Assembly: GCA_032718475.1 (NCBI GenBank) | Contig: JAUCBJ010001037.1 | Location: 1 to 64,000 of the forward strand | Direction of reading: 5' to 3' | Source of the DNA: Nemertoderma westbladi | Taxonomy: Eukaryota; Animalia; Xenacoelomorpha | DNA: 64,000 bases | In this document: positions 40,549 through 52,400 of the stretch, piece by piece | Layout of the letters: each line of letters starts with the position of its first letter | Position numbering within the stretch: position 1 is the stretch's first letter | Program-made: the position numbers and the translations under genes | The notes under the pieces: model-generated | The model's database searches: none | Seen by the model: the letters and a program-made list of their open reading frames with translations, nothing else | Told to the model about the DNA's origin: nothing

Positions 40549-40847
40549 CTGTAGAAATTTCACACTGATTACGTGGTTTCTACACTATAGTTACACCTTG
40601 CGATATCTTGAGGTTGTAGTTTATACTTTACTGTGTCACCAATACAGTAATACTTTACTGTGTCACCAATACAGTACCGGTACCGGTATGTGAATGTACG
40701 TCTATCATCGCAATATTGTTGTGCTGGTAGGAAGAGATTTACAACTAGTTTTTAAGGTAAACCTTGGGATCCTTCTATTCACTTTTCCATTGATTATAAT
40801 ATATTAATATTCCAGGGTAATTGTTACCGGTTATTTTATTATTATAG

Positions 40848-40950
40848 TCTTCCGCTGCGAACAAAAAGGAACAACGATTTCGATATCAGCCAGACAGTAT
40901 TGAAGTTGGTAACGAATTACCTACTGATGGCCAATTAAGTGATAGACAAG
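40848..40950 (+). CDS. POP1: POP1 exon (SSAANKKEQRFRYQPDSIEV...SDRQ)
   Basis: attatAG acceptor, AAG|GTTTGT donor; resembles the POP1 N-terminal K..KMRNQP..V segment; phase 1 fits the next exon. Confidence 0.75.
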
Positions 40951-41184
40951 GTTTGTAATAATGATAACATTAACGAATAAGTTAATCTTACACAAAATGG
41001 GACCTTCCCGCAGCACGTGACATAAACTTATGTTAAGTGTCAACATGAAATAATTATAAGCCAAATCTAAGCAGATGTCCCATGATCACTTTACCACCTA
41101 GTCTCGCCTACTTTCGTGGTTCGCCCCACAAACAATACTGTTAAACTCAAGAAAGTTTACAATAATTTGTCAATAATGCCTTAA

Positions 41185-42013
41185 GGGTAGATGCAACCCT
41201 TAGATTTTCCCATACAATCGCCTTTTTAACAATTGCCCCGTTTTCTCCGGAACTACCAGCGGTTAATTTTTATGAAATTTGTTACCGGTATGCTTTTAAA
41301 AGTAGCCACTCCGACAGACCTGGAACCTCAAAAAATTATAAATGTTAACTACGATCTTAGAGAAATTTCATTGAGCAGTTCTTGAGAGATAGAGAGGCAT
41401 TTTGTAACCAAAATATCACGGAAAAGCAATTTAGGAGACATTAGCAGCATTCAAAGTTTTCAAACTTGGTGGGAATTTTCAAACATTATTGTGAAATTTT
41501 GAAAGGACATTTTTTCTAACATAAACTATAATTTTCGCTGGGGCCGCCTGTATGTCTTTTTTGGTTTGTCGGTAAAAATATATAAAAGCACACAACTAAA
41601 ACTTTCGCTGTGAGGTTTTCCGTTTTCCTGGTCCGCGGTTTCATTACCGATGTCAGTTTTCACGACCGACTGATTCTAGTCTCTTTCAGTCTGTCAGATA
41701 GACATTAGACAAGACACGCTGACTAGAATCCGTAAATTGTAGAAACTGACATCGGAAACGAAATCCCAGACAACGAAACCCCCATAGAAATATTTTTAGT
41801 TAGGTGTGGTGAGATATTTTATGCCTACTGTATTTTGACAAATAGATAGACAGACATACAGACGGGCGGACATAGATTTAAGCGGTTTTGGCTTATGACG
41901 TGCCTTTAAAGTGTCAATATCTATAATCTGCCGAAAATTGTGATCTTAATCAACTGAAAAAAAATATTGCAAAAATTTTATTTTATTGAAAATTGTACGG
42001 GTCCCATCTCCCC
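41185..42013. mobile_element. Kolobok-like non-autonomous DNA transposon in a POP1 intron
   Basis: TTAA|GGGTAGATGCAACCC ... GGGTCCCATCTCCCC|TTAG imperfect TIRs; internal inverted repeat at about 41590-41800. Confidence 0.65.
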
Positions 42014-42124
42014 TTAGCTCCGTTAGTGGTCACCATTAAATTTCTGGCATTAGTAACTTCCCCCCCACCCTTAACCTCATCGCTAATATTTCTACTTCAC
42101 AAACACTTTGTTTAATTTCTTTAG

Positions 42125-42321
42125 CTTTAAATGTTGCCGAATTCTCATCATGTCGGGCTTTGGAGATCGGGGAAATGATTGAATCAGTCAAGCGCGGGAG
42201 AATAACCGCGACCCAGCTGCAACTAATGCCGAGGTATATGCGGCGACGGGCAATGAGCAACGTGGTAAAACGGTTCCCGAGGAAAGTCAGACATTGGGTC
42301 GGCAGACAACCTACACAATCG
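42125..42321 (+). CDS. POP1: POP1 exon, conserved N-terminal POP1 domain
   Basis: LNVAEFSSCRALEIGEMIESV...QLMPRYMRRRAMSNVVKRFPRKVR matches the POP1 motif F...RA.EI..M...Q.[20 protein letters not shown]; ttctttAG acceptor, TCG|GTGAGT donor. Confidence 0.93.
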
Positions 42322-43258
42322 GTGAGTTACATTGGTTCGACAGACTACCGACACATTCGGTGAGTTACATTGGTTCGACAGACAACCGACACAGTCGGAG
42401 AGTTACATTGGTTCGACAGACAACCGATACAGTCGGTGAGTTACATTGGTTCGACAGAGAACCGATACAGTCGGTGAGTTACATTGGTTCGACAGAGAAC
42501 CGATACAGTCGGTGAGTTACATTGGTTCGACAGAGAACCGATACAGTCGGTGAGTTGCAGAGGTTCGACAGACAACCGACACAGTCGGTGAGTTGCAGAG
42601 GTTCGACAGACAACCGACACAGTCGGTTAGTTACATTGGTTCGACAGACAACCGACACAGTCGGTGAGTTACATTGGTCCGACAGACAACCGACACAGTC
42701 GGTGAGTTGCATTGGTTCGACAGACAACCGCCACAGTCGGTGAGTTGCAGAGTTTCGACAGACAACCGCCACAGTCGGTTAGTTGCAGAGGTTCGACAGA
42801 CAACCGACACAGTCGGTTAGTTACATTGGTCCGACAGACAACCGACACAGTCGTTGAGTTATATTGATTCGACAAACAACCGACACAGTCGGTGAGTTAC
42901 ATTGGTTCTACAGACAAACGACACAGTCGGTGAGTTGCATTGGTTCGACAGACGACCGACACAGTCGGTGAGTTGCAGAGGTTCGACAGACAACCGCCAC
43001 AGTCGGTGAGTTGCAGAGGTTCGACAGACAACCGACACAGTCGGTGAGTTACATTGGTTCGACAGACAACCGACACAGTCGTTGAATTACATTGGTTCGA
43101 CAGACAACCGACACAGTCGTTGAATTACATTGGTTCGACAAACAACCGACACAGTAGGTGAGTTACATTGGTTCGACAGACAACCGACACAGTCGTTGAA
43201 TTACATTGGTTCGACAAACAACCGACACAGTAGGTGAGTTACATTGGTTCGACAGACA
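42292..43258 (+). repeat. 38-bp minisatellite (CATTGGTTCGACAGACAACCGACACAGTCG|GTGAGTTA), about 25 units, spanning a POP1 exon-intron junction
   Basis: First unit is the last 30 nt of the exon plus GTGAGTTA; donors at 42322, 42360 and onward. Confidence 0.97.
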
Positions 43259-43297
43259 GTAGTCCTCCAGGAGTAGTCAGTCTCATAATTATTATAG

Positions 43298-43431
43298 TCG
43301 CAGGTCAAAGGGAAGAAATCCGCACAAGATAAACGCCATACCGGGGCAGGATTCCGTGGGAAGAAGGTTGAAAGGAAAACCTCGAGACAAAATCGACGAA
43401 ACGATAAAGATCGGGTCTCCGATTATAGGAG
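43298..43431 (+). CDS. POP1: POP1 exon (SQVKGKKSAQ...RKTSRQNRRNDKDRVSDYR-R)
   Basis: attatAG acceptor (in-frame alternative cAG at 43303); basic linker ending where POP1 has ...RR....R..EF.RR before the WLETH motif; GAG|GTTAGT donor. Confidence 0.85.
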
Positions 43432-46400
43432 GTTAGTTAGTTAGTATGTTAGATCGGGTCTCCGATTATAGGAGGTTAGTTAGTTAGTATGTTAGATCGG
43501 GTCTCCGATTATAGGAGGTTAGTTAGTTAGTATGTTAGATCGGGTCTCCGATTATAGGAGGTTAGTTAGTTAGTATGTTAGATCGGGTCTCCGATTATAG
43601 GAGGTTAGTTAGTATGTTAGATCGGGTCTCCGATTATAGGAGGTTAGTTAGTTAGTATGTTAGATCGGGTCTCCGATTATAGGGGGTTAGTTAGTATGTT
43701 AGATCGGGTCTCCGACTATAGGAGGTTAGTTAGTTAGTATGTTAGATCGGGTCTCCGATTATAGGAGGTTAGTTAGTTAGTATGTTAGATCGGGTCTCCG
43801 ATTATAGGAGGTTAGTTATTTAGTATGTTAGATCGGGTCTCCGATTATAGGAGAAAGTTAGTTAGTATGTTAGATCGGGTCTCCGATTATAGGAGGTTAG
43901 TTAGTTAGTATGTTAGATCGGGTCTCCGATTATAGGAAGTTAGTTAGTTAGTATGTTAGATCGGGTCTCCGATTATAGGAGGTTAGTTATTTAGTATGTT
44001 AGATCGGGTCTCCGATTATAGGAGGTTAGTTAGTTAGTATGTTAGATCGGGTCTCCGATTATAGGAGGTTAGTTAGTTAGTATGTTAGATCGGGTCTCAG
44101 ATTATAGGAGGTTAGTTAGTTAGTATGTTAGATCGGGTCTCCGATTATAGGGGGTTAGTTAGTATGTTAGATCGGGTCTCCGACTATAGGAGGTTAGTTA
44201 GTTAGTATGTTAGATCGGGTCTCCGATTATAGGAGGTTAGTTATTTAGTATGTTAGATCGGGTCTCCGATTATAGGAGAAAGTTAGTTAGTATGTTAGAT
44301 CGGGTCTCCGATTATAGGAGGTTAGTTAGTTAGTATGTTAGATCGGGTCTCCGATTATAGGAGGTTAGTTAGTTAGTATGTTAGATCGGGTCTCCGATTA
44401 TAGGAGGTTAGTTATTTAGTATGTTAGATCGGGTCTCCGATTATAGGAGGTTAGTTAGTTAGTATGTTAGATCGGGTCTCAGATTATAGGAGGTTAGTTA
44501 GTTAGTATGTTAGATCGGGTCTCCGATTATAGGGGGTTAGTTAGTATGTTAGATCGGGTCTCCGACTATAGGAGGTTAGTTAGTTAGTATGTTAGATCGG
44601 GTCTCCGATTATAGGAGGTTAGTTATTTAGTATGTTAGATCGGGTCTCCGATTATAGGAGAAAGTTAGTTAGTATGTTAGATCGGGTCTCCGATTATAGG
44701 AGGTTAGTTAGTTAGTATGTTAGATCGGGTCTCCGATTATAGGGGGTTAGTTAGTATGTTAGATCGGGTCTCCGATTATAGGGGGTTAGTTAGTATGTTA
44801 GATCGGGTCTCCGACTATAGGAGGTTAGTTAGTTAGTATGTTAGATCGGGTCTCCGATTATAGGAGGTTAGTTATTTAGTATGTTAGATCGGGTCTCCGA
44901 TTATAGGAGGTTAGTTAGTTAGTATGTTAGATCGGGTCTCCGATTATAGGAGGTTAGTTAGTTAGTATGTTAGATCGGGTCTCCGATTATAGGAGGTTAG
45001 TTAGTTAGTATGTTAGATCGGGTCTCCGATTATAAGAGGTTAGTTAGTTAGTATGTTAGATCGGGTCTCCGACTATAGGAGGTTAGTTAGTTAGTATGTA
45101 GATCGGGTCTCCGATTATAGGAGGTGAGGTAGTTAGTATGTTAGATCGGGTCTCCGATTATAGGAGGTTAGTTAGTTAGTATGTTAGATCGGGTCTCCGA
45201 TTATAGGAGGTTAGTTAGTATGTGAGATCGGGTCTCCGATTATAGGAGGTTAGTTAGTTAGTATGTTAGATCGGGTCTCCGATTATAGGAGAAAGTTAGT
45301 TAGTATGTTAGATCGGGTCTCCTCTATAGGAGGTTAGTTAGTTAGTATGTTAGATCCGGTCTCAGACTATAGGAGGTTAGTTAGTTAGTATGTTAGATCG
45401 GGTCTCCGATTATAGGAGGTTAGTTAGTATGTTAGATCGGGTCTCCGATTATAAGAGGTTAGTTAGTTAGTATGTAGATCGGGTCTCCGATTATAGGAGG
45501 TTAGTTAGTTAGTATGTTAGATCGGGTCTCCGATTATAGGAGGTTAGTTAGTTAGTATGTTAGATCGGGTCTCCGATTATAGGAGGTTAGTTAGTTAGTA
45601 TATTAGATCGGGTCTCCGATTATAGGAGGTTAGTTAGTTAGTATGTTAGATCGGGTCTCCGATTATAGGAGGTTGGTTAGTTAGTATGTTAGATCGGGTC
45701 TCCGATTATAGGAGGTTAGTTAGTATGTTAGATCGGGTCTCCGATTATAGGAGGTTAGTTAGTTAGTATGTTAGATCGGGTCTCCGATTATAGGAGGTTA
45801 GTTAGTATGTTAGATCGGGTCTCCGATTATAGGAGGTTAGTTAGTTAGTATATTAGATCGGGTCTCCGATTATAGGAGGTTAGTTAGTATGTTAGATCGG
45901 GTCTCCGACTATAGGAGGTTAGTTAGTTAGTATGTTAGATCGGGTCTCCGATTATAGGAGGTTAGTTAGTTAGTATGTTAGATCGGGTCTCCTCTATAGG
46001 AGGTTAGTTAGTTAGTATATTAGATCGGGTCTCCGATTATAGGAGGTTAGTTAGTTAGTGTGTTAGATCGGGTCTCCGATTATAGGAGGTTAGTTAGTAT
46101 GTGAGATCGGGTCTCCGATTATAGGAGGTTAGTTAGTTAGTATGTTAGATCGGGTCTCCGATTATAGGAGAAAGTTAGTTAGTATGTTAGATCGGGTCTC
46201 CGATTATAGGAGGTTAGTTAGTATGTGAGATCAGGTCTCCGATTATAGGAGGTTAGTTAGTATGTGAGATCGGGTCTCCGATTATAGGAGGTTAGTTAGT
46301 TAGTATGTGAGATCGGGTCTCCGATTATAGGAGGTTAGTTAGTTAGTATGTTAGATCGGGTCTCCGATTATAGGAGGTTAGTTAGTATGTGAGATCGGGT

Positions 46401-49400
46401 CTCCTCTATAGGAGGTTTGTTAGTTAGTATGTTAGATCCGGTCTCAGACTATAGGAGGTTAGTTAGTTAGTATGTTAGATCGGGTCTCCGATTATAGGAG
46501 GTTAGTTAGTATGTTAGATCGGGTCTCCGACTATAGGAGGTTAGTTAGTTAGTATGTTAGATCGGGTCTCCGATTATAGGAGGTTAGTTAGTTAGTATGT
46601 TAGATCGGGTCTCCGACTATAGGAGGTTAGTTAGTTAGTATGTTAGATCGGGTCTCCGATTATAGGAGGTTGGTTAGTTAGTATGTTAGATCGGGTCTCC
46701 TCTATAGGAGGTTAGTTAGTTAGTATGTTAGATCGGGTCTCCTCTATAGGAGGTTAGTTAGTTAGTATATTAGATCGGGTCTCCGATTATAGGAGGTTAG
46801 TTAGTTAGTATGTTAGATCGGGTCTCCTCTATAGGAGGTTAGTTAGTTAGTATATTAGATCGGGTCTCCGATTATAGGAGGTTAGTTAGTATGTTAGATC
46901 GGGTCTCCGACTATAGGAGGTTAGTTAGTTAGTATGTTGGATCGGGTCTCCTCTATAGGAGGTTAGTTAGTTAGTATATTAGATCGGGTCTCCGATTATA
47001 GGAGGTTAGTTAGTTAGTATGTTAGATCGGGTCTCCGATTATAGAAGGTTAGTTAGTAGTATGTTAGATCGGGTCTCCGATTATAGGAGGTTAGTTAGTA
47101 TGTGAGATCGGGTCTCCGATTATAGGAGGTTAGTTAGTTAGTATGTTAGATCGGGTCTCCGATTATAGGAGGTTAGTTAGTATGTGAGATCGGGTCTCCG
47201 ATTATAGGAGGTTAGTTAGTTAGTATGTTAGATCGGGTCTCCTCTATAGGAGGTTAGTTAGTTAGTATGTTAGATCCGGTCTCAGACTATAGGAGGTTAG
47301 TTAGTTAGTATGTTAGATCAGGTCTCCGACTATAGGAGGTTAGTTAGTTAGTATGTTAGATCGGGTCTCCGATTATAGGAGAAAGTTAGTTAGTATGTTA
47401 GATCGGGTCTCCTCTATAGGAGGTTAGTTAGTTAGTATGTTAGATCCGGTCTCAGACTATAGGAGGTTAGTTAGTTAGTATGTTAGATCGGGTCTCCGAT
47501 TATAGGAGGTTAGTTAGTATGTTAGATCGGGTCTCCGATTATAGGAGGTTAGTTAGTTAGTATGTTAGATCGGGTCTCCGACTATAGGAGGTTAGTTAGT
47601 TAGTATGTTAGATCAGGTCTCCGACTATAGGAGGTTAGTTAGTTAGTATGTTAGATCGGGTCTCCGATTATAGGAGGTTAGTTAGTTAGTATGTTAGATC
47701 GGGTCTCCGATTATAGGAGGTTAGTTAGTTAGTATGTTAGATCGGGTCTCCGATTATAGGAGGTTAGTTAGTTAGTATGTTAGATCGGGTCTCCTCTATA
47801 GGAGGTTAGTTAGTTAGTATGTTAGATCGGGTCTCCGATTATAGGAGGTTAGTTAGTTAGTATGTTAGATCGGGACTCCGATTATAGGAGGTTAGTTAGT
47901 ATGTTAGATCGGGTCTCCGATTATAGGAGGTTAGTTAGTTAGTATGTTAGATAGGGTCTCCTCTATAGGAGGTTAGTTAGTTAGTATGTTAGATCGGGTC
48001 TCCGATTATAGGAGGTTAATTAGTATGTTAGATCGGGTCTCCGACTATAGGAGGTTAGTTAGTTAGTATGTTAGATCGGGTCTCCGACTATAGGAGGTTA
48101 GTTAGTTAGTTAGTATGTTAGATCGGGTCTCCGACTATAGGAGGTTAGTTAGTTAGTATGTTAGATCGGGTCTCCGACTATAGGAGGTTAGTTAGTTAGT
48201 ATGTTAGATCGGGTCTCCGATTATAGGAGGTTAGTTAGTATGTTAGATCGGGTCTCCGAATATAGGAGGTTAGTTAGTATGTTAGATCGGGTCTCCGATT
48301 ATAGAAGGTTAGTTAGTTAGTATGTTAGATCGGGTCTCCGATTATAGGAGGTTGGTTAGTTAGTATTTTAGATCGGGTCTCCGACTATAGGAGGTTAGTT
48401 AGTTCTTAGTTAGTATGTTAGATCGGGTCTCCGATTATAGGAGGTTAGTTAGTTAGTATGTTAGATCGGGTCTCCGACTATAGGAGGTTAGTTAGTTAGT
48501 ATGTTAGATCGGGTCTCCGATTATAGGAGGTTAGTTAGTTAGTATGTTAGATCGGGTCTCCGATTATAGGAGGTTAGTTAGTTAGTATGTTAGATCGGGT
48601 CTCCGATTATAGGAGGTTAGTTAGTATGTTAGATCGGGTCTCCGATTATAGGAGGTTAGTTAGTTAGTTAGTATGTTAGATAGGGTCTCCTCTATAGGAG
48701 GTTAGTTAGTTAGTATGTTAGATCGGGTCTCCGATTATAGGAGGTTAGTTAGTTAGTATGTTAGATCGGGTCTCCGATTATAGGAGGTTAGTTAGTATGT
48801 TAGATCGGGTCTCCGACTATAGGAGGTTAGTTAGTTAGTATGTTAGATCGGGTCTCCGACTATAGGAGGTTAGTTAGTTAGTATGTTAGATCGGGTCTCC
48901 GACTATAGGAGGTTAGTTAGTTAGTATGTTAGATCGGGTCTCCGACTATAGGAGGTTAGTTAGTTAGTATGTTAGATCAGGTCTCCGATTATAGGAGGTT
49001 AGTTATTTAGTATGTTAGATCGGGTCTCCGATTATAGGAGGTTAGTTAGTTAGTATGTTAGATCGGGTCTCCGATTATAGGAGGTTAGTTAGTTAGTATG
49101 TTAGATCGGGTCTCCTCTATAGGAGGTTAGTTAGTTAGTATGTTAGATCGGGTCTCCGATTATAGGAGGTTAGTTAGTTAGTATGTTAGATCGGGACTCC
49201 GATTATAGGAGGTTAGTTAGTATGTTAGATCGGGTCTCCGATTATAGGAGGTTAGTTAGTTAGTATGTTAGATAGGGTCTCCTCTATAGGAGGTTAGTTA
49301 GTTAGTATGTTAGATCGGGTCTCCGATTATAGGAGGTTAATTAGTATGTTAGATCGGGTCTCCGACTATAGGAGGTTAGTTAGTTAGTATGTTAGATCGG

Positions 49401-52400
49401 GTCTCCGACTATAGGAGGTTAGTTAGTTAGTTAGTATGTTAGATCGGGTCTCCGACTATAGGAGGTTAGTTAGTTAGTATGTTAGATCGGGTCTCCGACT
49501 ATAGGAGGTTAGTTAGTTAGTATGTTAGATCGGGTCTCCGATTATAGGAGGTTAGTTAGTATGTTAGATCGGGTCTCCGAATATAGGAGGTTAGTTAGTA
49601 TGTTAGATCGGGTCTCCGATTATAGAAGGTTAGTTAGTTAGTATGTTAGATCGGGTCTCCGATTATAGGAGGTTGGTTAGTTAGTATTTTAGATCGGGTC
49701 TCCGACTATAGGAGGTTAGTTAGTTCTTAGTTAGTATGTTAGATCGGGTCTCCGATTATAGGAGGTTAGTTAGTTAGTATGTTAGATCGGGTCTCCGACT
49801 ATAGGAGGTTAGTTAGTTAGTATGTTAGATCGGGTCTCCGATTATAGGAGGTTAGTTAGTTAGTATGTTAGATCGGGTCTCCGATTATAGGAGGTTAGTT
49901 AGTTAGTATGTTAGATCGGGTCTCCGATTATAGGAGGTTAGTTAGTATGTTAGATCGGGTCTCCGATTATAGGAGGTTAGTTAGTTAGTATGTTAGATAG
50001 GGTCTCCTCTATAGGAGGTTAGTTAGTTAGTATGTTAGATCGGGTCTCCGATTATAGGAGGTTAGTTAGTTAGTATGTTAGATCGGGTCTCCGATTATAG
50101 GAGGTTAGTTAGTATGTTAGATCGGGTCTCCGACTATAGGAGGTTAGTTAGTTAGTATGTTAGATCGGGTCTCCGACTATAGGAGGTTAGTTAGTTAGTA
50201 TGTTAGATCGGGTCTCCGACTATAGGAGGTTAGTTAGTTAGTATGTTAGATCGGGTCTCCGACTATAGGAGGTTAGTTAGTTAGTATGTTAGATCAGGTC
50301 TCCGATTATAGGAGGTTAGTTATTTAGTATGTTAGATCGGGTCTCCGATTATAGGAGGTTAGTTAGTTAGTATGTTAGATCGGGTCTCCGATTATAGGAG
50401 GTTAGTTAGTTAGTATGTTAGATCGGGTCTCCGATTATAGGAGGTTAGTTAGTTAGTATGTTAGATCGGGTCTCCGATTATAGGAGGTTAGTTAGTTAGT
50501 ATGTTAGATCGGGTCTCCGATTATAGGAGGTTAGTTAGTATGTTAGATCGGGTCTCCGATTATAGGAGGTTAGTTAGTTAGTATATTAGATCGGGTCTCC
50601 GATTATAGGAGGTTAGTTAGTATGTTAGATCGGGTCTCCGACTATAGGAGGTTAGTTAGTTAGTATGTTAGATCGGGTCTCCGATTATAGGAGGTTAGTT
50701 AGTTAGTATGTTAGATCGGGTCTCCTCTATAGGAGGTTAGTTAGTTAGTATATTAGATCGGGTCTCCGATTATAGGAGGTTAGTTAGTTAGTGTGTTAGA
50801 TCGGGTCTCCGATTATAGGAGGTTAGTTAGTATGTGAGATCGGGTCTCCGATTATAGGAGGTTAGTTAGTTAGTATGTTAGATCGGGTCTCCGATTATAG
50901 GAGAAAGTTAGTTAGTATGTTAGATCGGGTCTCCGATTATAGGAGGTTAGTTAGTATGTGAGATCGGGTCTCCGATTATAGGAGGTTAGTTAGTATGTGA
51001 GATCGGGTCTCCGATTATAGGAGGTTAGTTAGTTAGTATGTGAGATCGGGTCTCCGATTATAGGAGGTTAGTTAGTTAGTATGTTAGATCGGGTCTCCGA
51101 TTATAGGAGGTTAGTTAGTATGTGAGATCGGGTCTCCGATTATAGGAGGTTAGTTAGTTAGTATGTTAGATCGGGTCTCCGATTATAGGAGAAAGTTAGT
51201 TAGTATGTTAGATCGGGTCTCCTCTATAGGAGGTTAGTTAGTTAGTATGTTAGATCCGGTCTCAGACTATAGGAGGTTAGTTAGTTAGTATGTTAGATCG
51301 GGTCTCCGATTATAGGAGGTTAGTTAGTTAGTGTGTTAGATCGGGTCTCCGACTATAGGAGGTTAATTAGTTAGTATGTTAGATCGGGTCTCCGACTATA
51401 GGAGGTTAGTTAGTTAGTATGTTAGATCGGGTCTCCGATTATAGGAGGTTGGTTAGTTAGTATGTTAGATCGGGTCTCCGATTATAGGAGGTTGGTTAGT
51501 TAGTATGTTAGATCGGGTCTCCTCTATAGGAGGTTAGTTAGTTAGTATGTTAGATCGGGTCTCCTCTATAGGAGGTTAGTTAGTTAGTATATTAGATCGG
51601 GTCTCCGATTATAGGAGGTTAGTTAGTATGTTAGATCGGGTCTCCGACTATAGGAGGTTAGTTAGTTAGTATGTTAGATCGGGTCTCCTCTATAGGAGGT
51701 TAGTTAGTTAGTATATTAGATCGGGTCTCCGATTATAGGAGGTTAGTTAGTTAGTATGTTAGATCGGGTCTCCGATTATAGAAGGTTAGTTAGTAGTATG
51801 TTAGATCGGGTCTCCGATTATAGGAGGTTAGTTAGTATGTGAGATCGGGTCTCCGATTATAGGAGGTTAGTTAGTTAGTATGTTAGATCGGGTCTCCGAT
51901 TATAGGAGGTTAGTTAGTATGTGAGATCGGGTCTCCGATTATAGGAGGTTAGTTAGTTAGTATGTTAGATCGGGTCTCCTCTATAGGAGGTTAGTTAGTT
52001 AGTATGTTAGATCCGGTCTCAGACTATAGGAGGTTAGTTAGTTAGTATGTTAGATCAGGTCTCCGACTATAGGAGGTTAGTTAGTTAGTATGTTAGATCG
52101 GGTCTCCGATTATAGGAGAAAGTTAGTTAGTATGTTAGATCGGGTCTCCTCTATAGGAGGTTAGTTAGTTAGTATGTTAGATCCGGTCTCAGACTATAGG
52201 AGGTTAGTTAGTTAGTATGTTAGATCGGGTCTCCGATTATAGGAGGTTAGTTAGTATGTTAGATCGGGTCTCCGATTATAGGAGGTTAGTTAGTTAGTAT
52301 GTTAGATCGGGTCTCCGACTATAGGAGGTTAGTTAGTTAGTATGTTAGATCAGGTCTCCGACTATAGGAGGTTAGTTAGTTAGTATGTTAGATCGGGTCT

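Noticed and set aside
40624-40677. Two-copy 27-bp direct repeat TACTTTACTGTGTCACCAATACAGTA in a POP1 intron
   Set aside because: Simple local duplication, not at a splice site, no function evident
42292-43258. 38-bp repeat with internal palindrome as a CRISPR array
   Set aside because: Head-to-tail units with no unique spacers, no cas genes, eukaryotic intron context
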